Assembly: GCA_965178125.1 (NCBI GenBank)
Contig: OZ237765.1
Coordinates: 1 to 64,000 of the forward strand
DNA from: Bilabrum cf. latius
Taxonomy: Eukaryota
Length of the DNA: 64,000 nucleotides
Direction: 5' to 3'
In this document: piece by piece, positions 23,401 to 35,784 of the stretch
How positions within the stretch are numbered: position 1 is the first letter of the stretch
Layout of the letters: every line of letters starts with the position of its first letter
Notes under the pieces: generated by a model
Seen by the model: the letters and a program-made list of their open reading frames with translations, nothing else
What the model was told of the DNA's origin: nothing
The model's database searches: none
Position numbers and translations under genes: made by a program

Positions 23401-23641
23401 GGGCAGTAATATCGCGCAGGCGGGGGAGGCGGGGGAGGCGGGGGAGGCGGGGGAGGCAGGGGAGGTGTAGTCACAGATCGCAGACGAGGAAGGGGAAGAG
23501 GACGGTGAAGGTGATAGCCCGGGGGGTATGAGTTTCGACTCCCTCATCCCGAGCCAGGCCGCAGGCAACGCCAGCGACCGTGAGCGGTGGAGGAGCATGC
23601 TGGACACAGCCATACGGTTGCAGGTGCAGGGATTTTACTGA
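20484..23641 (+). CDS. Zn(II)2Cys6 binuclear-cluster transcription factor (six in-frame TAG)
   Basis: ACDWCRKARRK|CEGGIPCKECSKRS[TAG 20689]MCTFLIPVKKRGPKK|G after introns 20558-20645 and ~20737-20839. Further TAG at ~20873, 21161, 21302, 23351 and ~23468. Ends TGA at 23639-23641. Confidence 0.85.
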
Positions 23642-23834
23642 GAGCCGAGAGTTGCATACTTGGGTGCTAGGCGTGGCATAGGCTATTCAAACAGTGCGTG
23701 GCGTGCTCTGGTCAAGAGCGATGAACCTCGTAGAACCTTCGGTACTCACACGAGTGCTCACATCAGCAGCGTTGAATCTTGGAGTCGAGGGATCAATGGG
23801 GCGGTAAATCAAGGAAGCAGTACAGTAATTTAGT

Positions 23835-26255
23835 ATGGAGCTATCGTCTGGCACAGGTGCAGTGAGCGCGGTCGAGGGAGACGGAATTAGCAGCGCAATT
23901 TTTGACCTGATCTGGCGCGCTAACCCGAATGGAAGCCAATTTAAGGGTGCACTACTTCCAGAAACGATAGTGCTGAGATATGGTATTGTTGTCGGGTGGT
24001 ACGTAGGAAACGACCCAATCCGAAGAATGCCGCGCTCCCGATGTCGGCTAGAATCTGTCCAGCGCCGGATACTCAAAGCCATTGCAAGGGGTGAATGGAG
24101 GGGTACCACTGCGATGGTGCTCATGACCCCGCTCGGTCTGGAGCAACCATACGATTCAATGTCGTGGTACAGTGGGGCTAGCCTGCATGCTGCTGTCGCG
24201 AAGGATCGTCGTGGCAGTGCCAGTGGGGCCTTGCCGAAGCTGCTTAATTCGGGAAGTCGGGCCAGCACTGATGAGCCTGCTTTGCTGATGGCACCATCAG
24301 ATGCAACCAGCCATGAAGAACCGGAGGATCGGTTTTCCATTGCCCGTGCCGCTCATCGCGCAAAGTAGCAGAGGACGCCCATCTTGCTTGGCCTCAGCCC
24401 TAGCCCTGGGGAGCGGATTCCTCGCGTCCTGCACATCCGCACTCAAGGGCAATTCTGGGAGTTCATGTCGTCGCTCCCAACCGGTAGCCACTGCATTCTG
24501 CAGGCAAAGCCGGGCATAGGTTCTCTGTCCTCCTCGGAGAGATGGTGGAGGCTCCTGTTGCAGGGCGGTGCAGCCGTGGCCCTCGAGTGCATGCCTCCGG
24601 ATGACGAGCATGACTCGGAGGCGACAGTGGATGGCCGGGAGAGTGGGGCAGCAGGCGGCAAGGGCACCAGTGCCAGTACCAGGGCCAAACAGAACTTCCC
24701 TCTCAGGCTGGAGCACGGTGTCAGGGGGAGGCAGGAGGAGCGGCTGTGGGTCACCGAGAGGCTGGTGCGAGCTGCTGTGAGTCTTGCCGAGCACGTCAGC
24801 GCGGTGAGTCGGGGGTCCATCCGGATTGCTAGACTGGTGGCTGACTTTGCCGTGGACCCAGATAGACTGGAAGACGTCTGGCTGTTGCGAGTGCTCAGTG
24901 TGCGACAGCGACATCCGCACTCCTGGGTGCCGCAGATGCGGGCGAAGAGTCTGCTGGCACCAGCCGTGCCGCAGGTTGGAGCAGGTTTGCATGCCTCCCA
25001 AGTGCGGGCATCAACCGCCCCAACTGACAAATCATGCAGCTCTGGGGGCCCCCCTGGAGCTGACCGACGAGCCTCGCACACCCATGCACGCGGCTCCCTG
25101 CCTGCGCCCGACCTAGACGGGTGCCCTCCTAGCAGACCGCAGACAGCACCGGCCCCGGTGGGCGCGCAACAAGCTGCCAGGGCACTGAGAGCAGCGAGGC
25201 GATCTGTTCGAATGCGCGAGCTTCCGAAGATACCGGTCAGGGAGATAGACCCCGAGGCAGCCGAGAGGGGCGGCGGGAAGGAGGAGTCGGTGGATGGGGA
25301 TGGATATGCATCTTCAGGCATGTTCGGGTCCTAGGGGCAGGCAAGGGCGGGCAAGCTGCTGGGACAGTATCCCTGGCTGGAGGTGATCGGCCCCAGGGGT
25401 GGTGGCGTGCGCGTCGACGGGGATAGAGAGAGCAAGAAGGAGAGCGAGGGTGCGAGAGAGGGGCAGCCCTAGCTGCGAACATGCATAGCAACCAGAACAA
25501 ACGAGGTCGGCAGTGAGGGAGATGGCAGAAAAAGGACACAGGGTATCCTTTCTCTGCACAAGTTCATGCTGGCTTAGAAGATGCAGTCCTTAGTGGCCGC
25601 GTCTGTGCAAAGGCCTATTGTCAGGAGAGCCATCTTGGCTCGGGTGCTGGCAGATGGTAAGAGCACGAGAAGCGGCAGGACTAATAGGACCAGATGTGGT
25701 AGGCAAGTGAGGACCCGAGAGCAAGGGAGGGGCATCTACACATGCCACCAGTAGCCACAGGCAAGCCATGAAAGCACCAATGCGGTCTAGTATGCGAGCC
25801 GGCCGAGTACATGCCCACCCAGTGCTGGAAGAGCCTCGGCAGGAGAGTCACGGACGGGCACTGACGGTGTGGCACTCTAGATCCGTGGTGCCACTGGTGT
25901 CGGTCGTCCATCGCCGCAAGAGTACTGCCAGTGGGGCATCCAGCTGGCCCTCGGAGGCAAATTTTTCGCAGGATCAGGTCGATACAATGCTGGAACAGCT
26001 CGGAGGTCCAGCCGCCCCTCGACTGCTGGACCAGGCACTGCCGCTGGGGCGCTCTTCTGGGGGCGTGGTACTACTGGCCTGCGGGCTCGCGGGGCGGACG
26101 CAGCCATGCGAGGGATGCATAGCAGGGCAGTATCCGGTGAGACCGTGGTAAAGAGCAACCTATTCTTAGGTCGCCCGGTACGTCTGGGTGTGGGGCAAGG
26201 CAATGCGAAGCCCGGTAGAGGCAGCCGTTGTACAGGCTCCGAGGAGTCCTGGTGA
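23835..26255 (+). CDS. Hypothetical protein (several in-frame TAG)
   Basis: Track ORFs 23835-24368 and 24384-25334 share one frame separated by TAG. The frame stays free of TAA/TGA until TGA at 26253. The 3' part is uncertain (possible intron near 25657). Confidence 0.55.
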
Positions 26256-26331
26256 CGATTGATGAGGCCAGGACGATGAGGCTAGCAGCGGGCTGGCATC
26301 AACACCTTGTATCGTACATCACTTAAGACCA

Positions 26332-28036
26332 ATGCGTTCCATCTTGTTGCTGTGTTTATTCTGTGCATCTGCTGGACTCGTTACCGGATAGCAGCTCGTA
26401 AATGTGTCCCTGCATGGCACCACCGTTCCAGTTAGCTAGCCGATCAGCCCAAACTTCGTCGGGCTCAGCATTGAGGTCCCGTCTGCGGTAGAAATGATCG
26501 GTAGGCATTCGCAGGAGGGACCAAGACAGTCACTTTTGAACCTATTGGAGAATTTTGCACAATTTACGCCATCAGCAGAAGAACTGGGAACCATTCGAGT
26601 TGGCGGGAACTCGGCTGATGAGTCTGTCTTCAACCCAAGTGGAGATCTTCCAATAGGGAAAGACTATAGCATCACATGGGATGACATTTACTCGTACAGG
26701 GCATTCTCGGAGCTGTCGAATAGACGTGTATCCTTCGTGCTCGGTCTCAACTTCCAACGAGCATCCAACGCGTCATGGGCATTAGGGGAGGTACAGGCCG
26801 TCCAGCAAGCTGTCGGTTGGGCAGCGCTTGGCCCAAATTCAGCCATTGAGTGAGGTAGCTCGTTTTGAACAGGGTCCTTGGGCCGCCGTTGCACCGCAAG
26901 CATCACAGTTCTGATAGATCGAGAAGTGCAACTGCAACAGGTACTCGAACAGGGCCCTCACTGAGTGGCACACTTACACTTTTCGCAGGATCGGCAATGA
27001 GTGCGACATATTCAATGGGAATGGCATCCGGAACTCCAGCTACACCTATTCGCAGTACGCCAGCGAGTTCAAGACGTACGCTTCCACCATCCAGGGCGTA
27101 GGCCTTCCCCCGGGCAAAATCCAGGGAGCCACGTTCTGCTGCGAGCACGCCGACTTCGACAATGGGTTTGCCACTGATTACGTGACCCGCTTCAAGTCCG
27201 TGCTGGGCACCAATTCGTACCACCGGTACCCCACGAACCACTGCGGCAGCTCGTCCACCTCCCTCGCAGCCCTGCTCGCCCCCCGGTCCAGCGAGGGACA
27301 GGCCGAGTACCTTTCTCGCTTCTCCATCGCTTCCAGGGCGTAGGGTACCCCCTTCGTCATCGGGGAGAGCAACAGCGTGGCGTGTGGGGGCCAGGATGGC
27401 GTCTCGAATGTGATGGGCACCTCGCTGTGGGCCGTGGACTATCTGCTGTCACTGGCACGGATCAACGTGACTGCCATCAACTTCCACGGGGGACCCAAAG
27501 GAAGGTACCAGCCCATCGGATACAATAGCACGGGGGCAGGCACACCCCCTGACGTGCGGCCCCTGTACTACGGGGCCCTCCTCTTCAGCGAGGCCGTTGC
27601 CAACCGCTCCCAGCTGCTCAACCTCACGATGCAGCATACGGACAACGCACAGGTGCGCACCTGGATGGCGAGGGATGGAGACACGGGAGGCCTGCGTCTA
27701 GTGGTCGTGCACAAGGACCCAAATGCGACCGAGCCGGCCAACGTTCGCTTCGATCTCGGGGCGGGGGCCCAGGCCGGCGATGCCAGCACGCCCTGCTCCG
27801 ACGGGCAGCTGGTTCGGCTGCAGTCGGCCGGCGGCGTGCTGTCCACGTATGGGCTCAGCATCGCAGGGCAGACGTTCGACGGATCTCAGGACGGACGGGC
27901 AGTCGGGCAGCGAGTCACCGAGCCCGTGCACTGCAATGCGGTGCAATCCGGCAGCGAGGGTGCATCCTCCTGGGAATTCACCGTGCAGCCAGGGACCATC
28001 GCTCTGCTTCACCTGCCTCTGCCGACGAGTCGCTGA
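26332..28036 (+). CDS. Secreted glycoside hydrolase family 79 (beta-glucuronidase/heparanase-like; three in-frame TAG)
   Basis: Signal MRSILLLCLFCASAGLVTG, then FVGLSIE, IRVGGNSAD, EIGNECD (across intron 26850-26988), PFVIGESNSVACGG..GVSN, LWAVDY, NFHGG, RPLYYG. TAG at 26389, 26437, 27341. Ends TGA. Confidence 0.9.
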
Positions 28037-28191
28037 TGGCACGGGGCCTATTAAGGCCTAGACGGTGTCTTATGTTGCCTATGGATCGCAAAACCATCCT
28101 GCCTTTGCTTCAGATAGACCCCCCTCACGACCGACTCTGCAGTGCCAGCCCGCGCACGATCTCATCATGCTATCCAACCCAGCCTCTCATC

Positions 28192-31100
28192 TCACTCCCT
28201 GCCCCCCGCATCTGTATCTTCGCTGCTCAACTCCGAATCTACTTCTGGCTCTTCAACCCCTCCTCCTCCCCCTGCACCGGCCCGCATCACCTCTTGCACG
28301 TGTTCCCTCAGCTCAGCGGTCACCCCGCACCCGGGCGCGCTCGCCATGGCCTGCAGCAGCTGCCGCGCTCCCTCCTCGTCCCCTGCCCTGGCCAGCGCGA
28401 CCACCACGGCGGCAGACACGCCCCGCAGCATGGTCGCGGCGCCAGGCTGGCCCAGTCCTGGCAGCAGCGTCGCGGCTGCGAGCCGGGGCCGCTGCGCCTG
28501 CAGGCACGCTCGCGCAAATGCGGTGGCAAGCCGGGGGGCCTCCGCCAGCACGGCGCGCCTGGGGTCTCCCCCTTGCCCTTGACCTTGGGTGTCGCGCAGC
28601 TGCTGCACCAGGTGCGCAGCCCCCCGCAGCGCCGCCTCTGCCACTGTCAGCGTCTCATCGGGCCGGCCCCCGGCCCTGCTGCTGCGCGTGGCAGCTTCAG
28701 CGGCTGCGGCCAGCGCTGCCAGCAGATGCGGCATACGCCTCTGCAGGGCTGCAGCGTCCCTAGCTCTCCCCTGCGCCGACAACTCAGGTACTCCCTGGGA
28801 GAGCGCGCTCCAGGCCAGTCCGGGCTGTGCTGCGAGGGCGGCTGCCTCGCATGCCATCTGCACCACCTCAGCCGGCTGTCCCTGCAACGGACCCGGGTCA
28901 CTGACCCGCGCAGAGTCGTCCTGCTCTGCGTCCGAACCGGCGTCATCAGGCAGAGGAGCCTGCTCCCACAGGTAGGTACCCAGCGCCAGGGCAGCAGCCG
29001 CTGGGGCTGGCGATGAGGCCACCTCCAGTGGGAGGGGCAGCTCGGAGGGATCCAGCAGGACCAGGGCATCGGGTGAGGCTCCGAAGGAAGCAGCCAGCTG
29101 GATCCCAGAGCCATCTCTAGAAGGAAGAGGCTGCAGCACCAACCACCGGATCAGGGACATGGACAAGTCTTCCATCCCTTCATCGATGTCTTCCTCGACA
29201 TCCACATCGCCCTTCTCCAGACCGCTGCCCTCCACGTCAGCACCGATTTCCCCATCTCCGCCTGCCGCCCCCAGGGGCCTGGTGGCTCCCGCAGGCACAA
29301 GCCCGACCCCCATGTCCCCCAGGCCGTCCACCCATGCCTCCCAATCATCGCCCATGCTCTCCTCACCTCTTGCAGGCTCCTCTGCATTGGTTCCATCTTC
29401 GCGACTCAGGTCAGGCTCCATTCCCATGGATCGCAGCCCCTGTAGAGCCTCTTCGAGGGTCCGTGCCCCTACCAGCGACCACGACGGCGACCCGATAGCG
29501 GCAGGCAGCGGACCGCATGTCGCGTGACCCACCCACTCGCTGGCCCAGTGGCGAGACATATCTGCATCAGGCACCGCAATGAGGGCCCCTGCAGCACCCG
29601 CGTCTGTCTCGCCGTCGCTGGCCCCCACCACAGTCTCCCCGTCCACGGCTGTTGCGCCTGGCCACGACAGCCCGTGCGCCCACCCCCCTCCCTCTCCCTG
29701 CGCCTCAGCGTCCCCCGGGTACACCGGCACGGCTCGGGGAGTGGGTTCCCCGTCCAGGCCCACAGCGGAGGCCTCCAACGCAGTGCGCTCCGCATGCCCC
29801 CGCGCAGTTGCCACCGCGTGCAGAGAGTCGCCGACATCTCTGCCAGGACTGCCGCCCAGCCCGCCCCGCTGCCTCTCGCGCTCCCCCCATGCCGCGGCGA
29901 GGGCTGCCGTGGCCGTCTCGGGGTGCTCTGGGGCGCAAGCGGCGGGTCGAGCGAGGCCCACCATGGCTGCCGCGATGCCTCCCGCCGCCGCCTGCTCCGA
30001 TCCTCGCGGTCGCACACTGGCCACCAGCTGGGCCACGGCGGCGCGGATGTCTCCCGGGCTGTACTCGAGGGGTAGGCCGGGCACGGGAGCGTGCTACCGG
30101 TGTGACGAGTGCGCTTCTTGCAGGAGGCGCAGTAGCCCCACAGCGCTACCCTCCATGGCGACCCCCTTGAGGAGGAAGGAGGCCAGGGCCCGCGGGGGCA
30201 CAGTTCTGGGTTGCATGCGCGGGGGCAGGCCCCACGTGTCCCACCACTGCGGCAGGGCTGTGCGGGTGGAGTCGCGGGCCGCGGTGGAGCCCATGAGGTG
30301 CTGTCTAGCGGCGGCCGCGTCGGGAGGCGGCTGTACCACCTCAGTCAAGGGTGCACCGCATGCAAGTGCAGCCGCGGCATGCCCCAGCACAGGGTCCACG
30401 TCAGCCGCCCCGTGGGCCAGCACCCCGGCAGCCACCCCCGCGGGGGCCAGGATGCGGGCCCGCTGGTCCCTATCCCAGAGGAGGCCCCTCCTGTTGGCCT
30501 GCTGCAGCATCGCAATGGCTGCCATGGCCACGTGCATCCCCTCTCTGCTGCGGGAGGACAGACTGGCCACCAGCAGCCGGATCGAGATGTGCCCATCCCC
30601 CAGCAGCTGAGGCCGGTCGGTGCGACCTCGAGCCGGCTATGAATTTGTGCCCTGCTCCGTGAGCTCCTCGATGGCCTCCATAGTCTGCATCAAGAGCGCA
30701 GTAGCACCGCTCAAGTCACCCTGCAGCAGCGCAGTGCGTGCCAGCTCACGGTGCACGGGCATCGACTCTGTCGTCGCGTCGGTTTCAGAAGAAATGCGCG
30801 CATTCCCATGACTAGGCCCAGATACATCCAATTCCTGGATTTTGAGCTGAATCTCCTGAGCTACGTCCGGATCTCGAATTTCTAGAGCGCTTTGGTACAG
30901 CCGCCTAAGGGCGTACAACTTAAACTGCTTGTCCTATTTTGGCAGCTGGCCACTCTAGCTATCAGAACCCCCTGACAACTCCTCGATTACACTCCTTCCG
31001 ATGGTACGATACAATTGAATAGCAACATCGTGCCGTTTCAGCAGCGCGTATGCCGAGCAGAGCACATACACCGCATCTGCGTTCGGCTGTTCGTACGATG

Positions 31101-31350
31101 CCTCTCCGTGCACCTGGGCCAACTGCTCCAGTATTTTATTGATTGGAGTAGGGATGTTCCCACGCTCGCTCGTCTTGCTGATTCGTTGCTTCGACACTCT
31201 CAAAAGGGCCTAGAACTTTGCCCGAGAATCATTAGACTACAAACGATGTCCGTGGTGGCAGTGCTTGAATAAGTTGGACACTGCAGACACTATACGAAGA
31301 GCCTGCATCGAAGGAAGGTGGATTCGAGCTCTCTTAGCGCCTCTTAACAT
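28192..31350 (-). CDS. Hypothetical Ala-rich helical protein, possibly organelle-targeted (six in-frame TAG)
   Basis: Track ORFs 30955-31203, 30637-30918, 30094-30570 and 28192-30084 are all one frame separated only by TAG. ATG at 31350 with basic N-terminus MLRGAKRARIHL. Ends TGA. Confidence 0.65.
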
Positions 31351-31446
31351 GGTCGAATCAACCGCAATGGACCGACGACAACGCGAAATGGTTCCGGTTC
31401 TTCCGGCTTCAAGTTGACACCTCGTGCGTATGAGTCGTAGTGGGCA

Positions 31447-34400
31447 TCAGCTGCTGTGAGTCCCAGCATCCGCAGCATTGATCGTCACTTCGACATGCTG
31501 ATCGCCCTCTTGTCCGGCCACTTCATCCACCAGCTCGCGCCTCTCTGCCGCTGCTGTGCCCTACGGCTATGGCCCCACTTCGTCCGCCTCCCGTTCCCCC
31601 TCACGCCCAGATACAGCAATTGGAACCGAGACACCCTCGAGACTATCCAGCAAGTCAGCTATCTGGTCTCCAGAGACCGGTGAAGACCCCCCGCTGGCCT
31701 GCATGATGGCCTCGGAGATACCCTGCAGGTCCGGACTGGCCTCTCCGCTGGCGCCGCCTCGGCTGCCCGTGCCCACAAGCCCCGTTCCATCCGCATCCGC
31801 ATCCGCATCCGCATGTCTCTGTCCCTGTCTATCCTGCGGCTGGCCAGCATCAGCCCCCACTTGCTCGACGTGTCCATCGATCGATGCCACGCTCTCGTCC
31901 AGGACCCCTCCACCACCGGCCCACGTTCCACTGCCGAGCCCCGCCCTCGCCCCTGCCCCTTTCCCTGCTCCATCACCTGCCCGTGCCCGTGCCCGTGGCC
32001 CTTCCATCATGGGGATCGGCGTCACCCCCTGGCGCTCCAGCTCAGAGAGCGCCGCCAGCCGAGCTGTCTGCCTCAGCTGTCCCTCCAGCTCGGCAGCTAC
32101 ATCCACCACGGCTCGGATCCTCCTCACGGCCCTCTCCCTCTGCCCAGGGGCCGACTGCGCAATGATCCGGCGAGATGCCCGCCTCACCAGGACCTGCATC
32201 GAGTGGAGCCGCTTGGCCGCCTGTCGCATCTGGGCCGCAGTGTGGAAGGTAGGGTCCTGGCCCCCGACATTGGCCACCTTACCATTGCCCTCGCCCAGCT
32301 TGGAGCCCGTCCCCCTGGAGGCTACTCCCGCACCGAACCAGCCCAGCTTTGGCTTCGATTTCTTGGGAGACCCCGCGCCTGCCTTGCGCATCACGCTCCG
32401 TGCCCCAGCCGGGGTGGACCCAGACGCAGTGGCGGCATACCCCGGCGGCCCGTCCTCCAGCTGGCCCCCCTCGGCCATGTGATGCGCCACCATCTCCAAA
32501 ACCAGCCGCGAGGAATCCGCACCCGGTGCATCGATCGGCGCCCCCGTCCCCGCCGCCCCCTTGGCTCTCGCCTCTCGCTTGTTGGCCAGCACAGTCTCAT
32601 GCAGCCGCTGCAGTGCCGCGGCCTTCTGCAGCACGGGGTGCCTCTTGGGCCCGTACTCGGCCTGCACCCGCTGGCGGTGGAGGGCGGAGGGAGGCACCCC
32701 GAGGGCTGCAGACCAGGCAGCGGCCGACTGCGGCCTGCCCCTGCCCTCGGCCTCCATCCTGCGCTTCTCCTTCTCTCGCGCGGCCAGGGAGTGCTCCCTC
32801 AGCGCCTGCCTCCCCAGCTCGCTCCGGATGTACAAGTCCTTCGTGTGCCTGGTCAGCACCAGCACGGCCAGCTCCAGGGGAGAGGCTTCCTGGCCGAGCC
32901 CGTCCTCCAGCTGGCGAATAGCACGCACCACAGTGCCGCGGGATCGAATCTGAGGACCAAGCCCATTATCCCAGGACGGCAATTGGGTACCGTCACCGGC
33001 CTTGGGTGGGCTGCTGGACCGCACGGTGTGGGCTGGGGGCCTTGCTCGATGCGCATCGATCTCGTCATTTACCGGTCTGCCATACCCCGCGCTGGTGAAT
33101 GCCTCTGCGCCCTCGTCCACCTCTTGGGCTGCCTCGAAGCCATTGAGAACATCACCGCTGGGGCGTACATTCTCCCTCGCTCGCGAGGAGTCCGCTGGAA
33201 TGAGTCCATCGGCCCCGCTCACGACCGGCCCCTCTGCATGTGCCAAGTCCATGCTACTGGGCTCACTGCCGTCGCGCGCAGGTGGCATGGGCCGGATGGA
33301 GTTTGGAGATGGGGCGATTGCATTGGGCTCAATTTTGGTTGAGCCCTCGCCCTTAGCTGCGATGGGGCTGCTGTTCCGCTCGTTCATGCTTGTGCCGCTG
33401 CCATGGGACTTTCCCGGGGTCCCCTGAGGTGACGATTCCGCACTGCTGGCTTGGCCGTCCTTGCGCTGGGCCCGCTTCCAAGCGCGCAGCCGATGGTTCT
33501 TGCGGAGATGCTCCGTCTCCTCGATGGGAGGCCACGAGAATCCAGGGGAGGACTCCGGTGAGACCTGCCTCCTGCTCCGCCTGACCATCTGGCGATAGGC
33601 CCGCTCCGATGGACTGTGCCTGGTGCGACGGGCTGCCAGAGAGCCGGTGGACCCGGGGGAGACGTGCACGTGCACTCCATCAGGTGATCGACTGCCCATG
33701 GGGGACGGAGATCCATCGATGGATGGGCTACCGTCTGCGTGCCTGCCGCCGAGCCCCGTTACCCGGGTGTGGACCCCCCATCCCGCTTTGCCCCTGCCCC
33801 TGCCCCCCCCACTGCGTTTCCCGCCTTCCTTGCCGGTGGTCTGTCTAGTTGTTCTCTCCACCCCCTCTCGCGCCTGTTTGACCATCCTCATCGCTCCCTC
33901 CTTGGCCTCTTTGGCCAGGTCCTCCGCCCTCAGCGTGTCCTGGGCCTGGTCGTAGACGGCCGCCAGAAACTCGGCAGAGTGCGACGAGGGCGGGCGGACG
34001 AGGCTGCGCTGACTGAGCTGCACGCCCTTCGACTGCTTCAAGGTCTGGATGAGTCTCCTCCGGACCCTCTCCTGCCTCGCGCTCTCCTTGATCCTCCTCT
34101 GCGCCCTCTCCCGCCGGGCCAGTCGCTCCCGCTGCTTGACCAGCTCCAGCTCGCGCAGCTCCTGGAGGCGCTTCTGCCTGCTGCTCTCCACCTGCTCCAA
34201 GATTTCACCGTGCCTCTTTACCGACTGCTCTCGGGCCAGCTGGTCCATGGCCGCCTGCATGTCGCCGTCGAGACGCACGGAGATCGATGAGTCGATGCCC
34301 AACTGGAGGGCGACAGCGCGGTGGCTCGGGCGATCGGGGCTCTTGTGGCCCATCTTTGCTTCCAGTGGAACGTACTCTCCTAATGGTGATGCTGCGTCTA

Positions 34401-34461
34401 ACATGGTACCTTCCAATGAGCCCGATGGGGTGCTCATCCAGCTGGCAGATGCCTTTGACAT
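31447..34461 (-). CDS. Hypothetical coiled-coil/low-complexity protein
   Basis: 964-codon open frame with an E/R/Q-rich helical N-terminal part. Reading through TAG at 31567 and 31561 extends it to TGA at 31447. Confidence 0.65.
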
Positions 34462-34751
34462 GTTGCTCGAGCGACGGCAATCTAGGCCACCCCAGAATGA
34501 AGCTCTTCAATAGTTGAATATTTCTATAGGCAAATATGCGAGTGTTGCTTGACCGGACCACTTCTTAATTTGCACCTACAGCGGAGTAATAGTAAAGGCT
34601 GGTCACGCGCTCGACTCCTCACCCGCCGGCCTGAAAGGTTCGCTGCTGTTTGACGAAGGTTCGGTTTTTCCAAGCTTCAGTGTCTGAAAGAATCAGAAAC
34701 CGACCTGCCCCAGTGCGGTCGGTGCAATTTGATACAGAAAAATCATCCACA

Positions 34752-35561
34752 ATGGCTTCCGTAGATGGTACAGGTGTCGTCCTTACGGAGCACGCTGTCG
34801 TGCTCGCTGCGGTGTACGGAGCAGCGGTCGGCACCTTCGTGGTAGGCCTGGTCGGCCTGATGTGTGGGTCGACAAACGAAGTCCAGATAGCGCGAAGGGC
34901 TGTATTATGGGTCCGAATTTCGTGCACAGTAGCGGTCATCGCCTGGTTATGCGAACTGTATACCGAAGTAGCGCAACCCCGGCTGAGAAGAATAGAGTGG
35001 CCACACTTTGGCTTGCTCCTCCCTCCGCTTGCAGTTGCAGTCACTTTCATCGGATTATTTGTGAATTCACATCCAGTCTTCAGGTGGGTCGCAATGCTGA
35101 CTCAACCGCTCTTTGTGTTATGTTCGGGAATGGCAAGCGCATTCGTGTTTCTTAGGATGCAGTGTCTGGGCAGCGGCGAATGTCTGGCGCGCCCTGGCGA
35201 GGCGCTGAGCGAAATTGAAGTTTGGGTCTCGTTGGTGTCGTATTTGGTCGCTGGATTTTGCGGCATTTAGATAGTTTTGTTTACGGGGTACCTGCAGGCC
35301 TCGCTGGGGGCGTGCGGGCTTAGGTATCCGGCCCGGCTCCTGAGCACGTCAGCGGGGGCGTCTGGAATCGTGATTGAGGACCCCAACGATGCAATCGAGG
35401 CGAAGGAGAGCAAGAAGCTTGATGCCGCTCGAGGGGCGGCGGCGGCCGTCGTGTCAGAGGCGAGTGGCGGCAAGCGTAGCGCCCGTCGGCGGGGAGGGAG
35501 CCACAAGGGCGGGGGGAGCAGCAGCGGTAGGGGCACAGCTGCAGCGGTGGCAGAACCATGA
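34752..35561 (+). CDS. Hypothetical multi-pass membrane protein (one in-frame TAG)
   Basis: Four to five hydrophobic segments. TAG at 35268 lies inside the last helix (FCGI[TAG]IVLFTGYL) and the frame continues to TGA. Confidence 0.65.
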
Positions 35562-35784
35562 TGTGATTGACGTTACCACTGATAGAACTGGCATTATGCA
35601 ATGGATACACACGCATGCCTGTCTCTGGACAACAAAGGCACTGCCGTCCCAGAAGACAATGGAAGGCCAGAACAAATAACGCGTGTAGGGAACACTTGCC
35701 GCTTGCCTCTCCCCATCCATCAAACGAAGAGGATTTGCATATTCTAGGCCCCTATGCAAGTGTCCATGCCCCCTCTTGGCCTCC

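Noticed and set aside
31556-33342. Long antisense ORFs (e.g. 31813-33342 +, 36187-37224 +, 50598-51587 -)
   Set aside because: These are shadow frames of GC-rich genes on the opposite strand, with no recognisable motifs.
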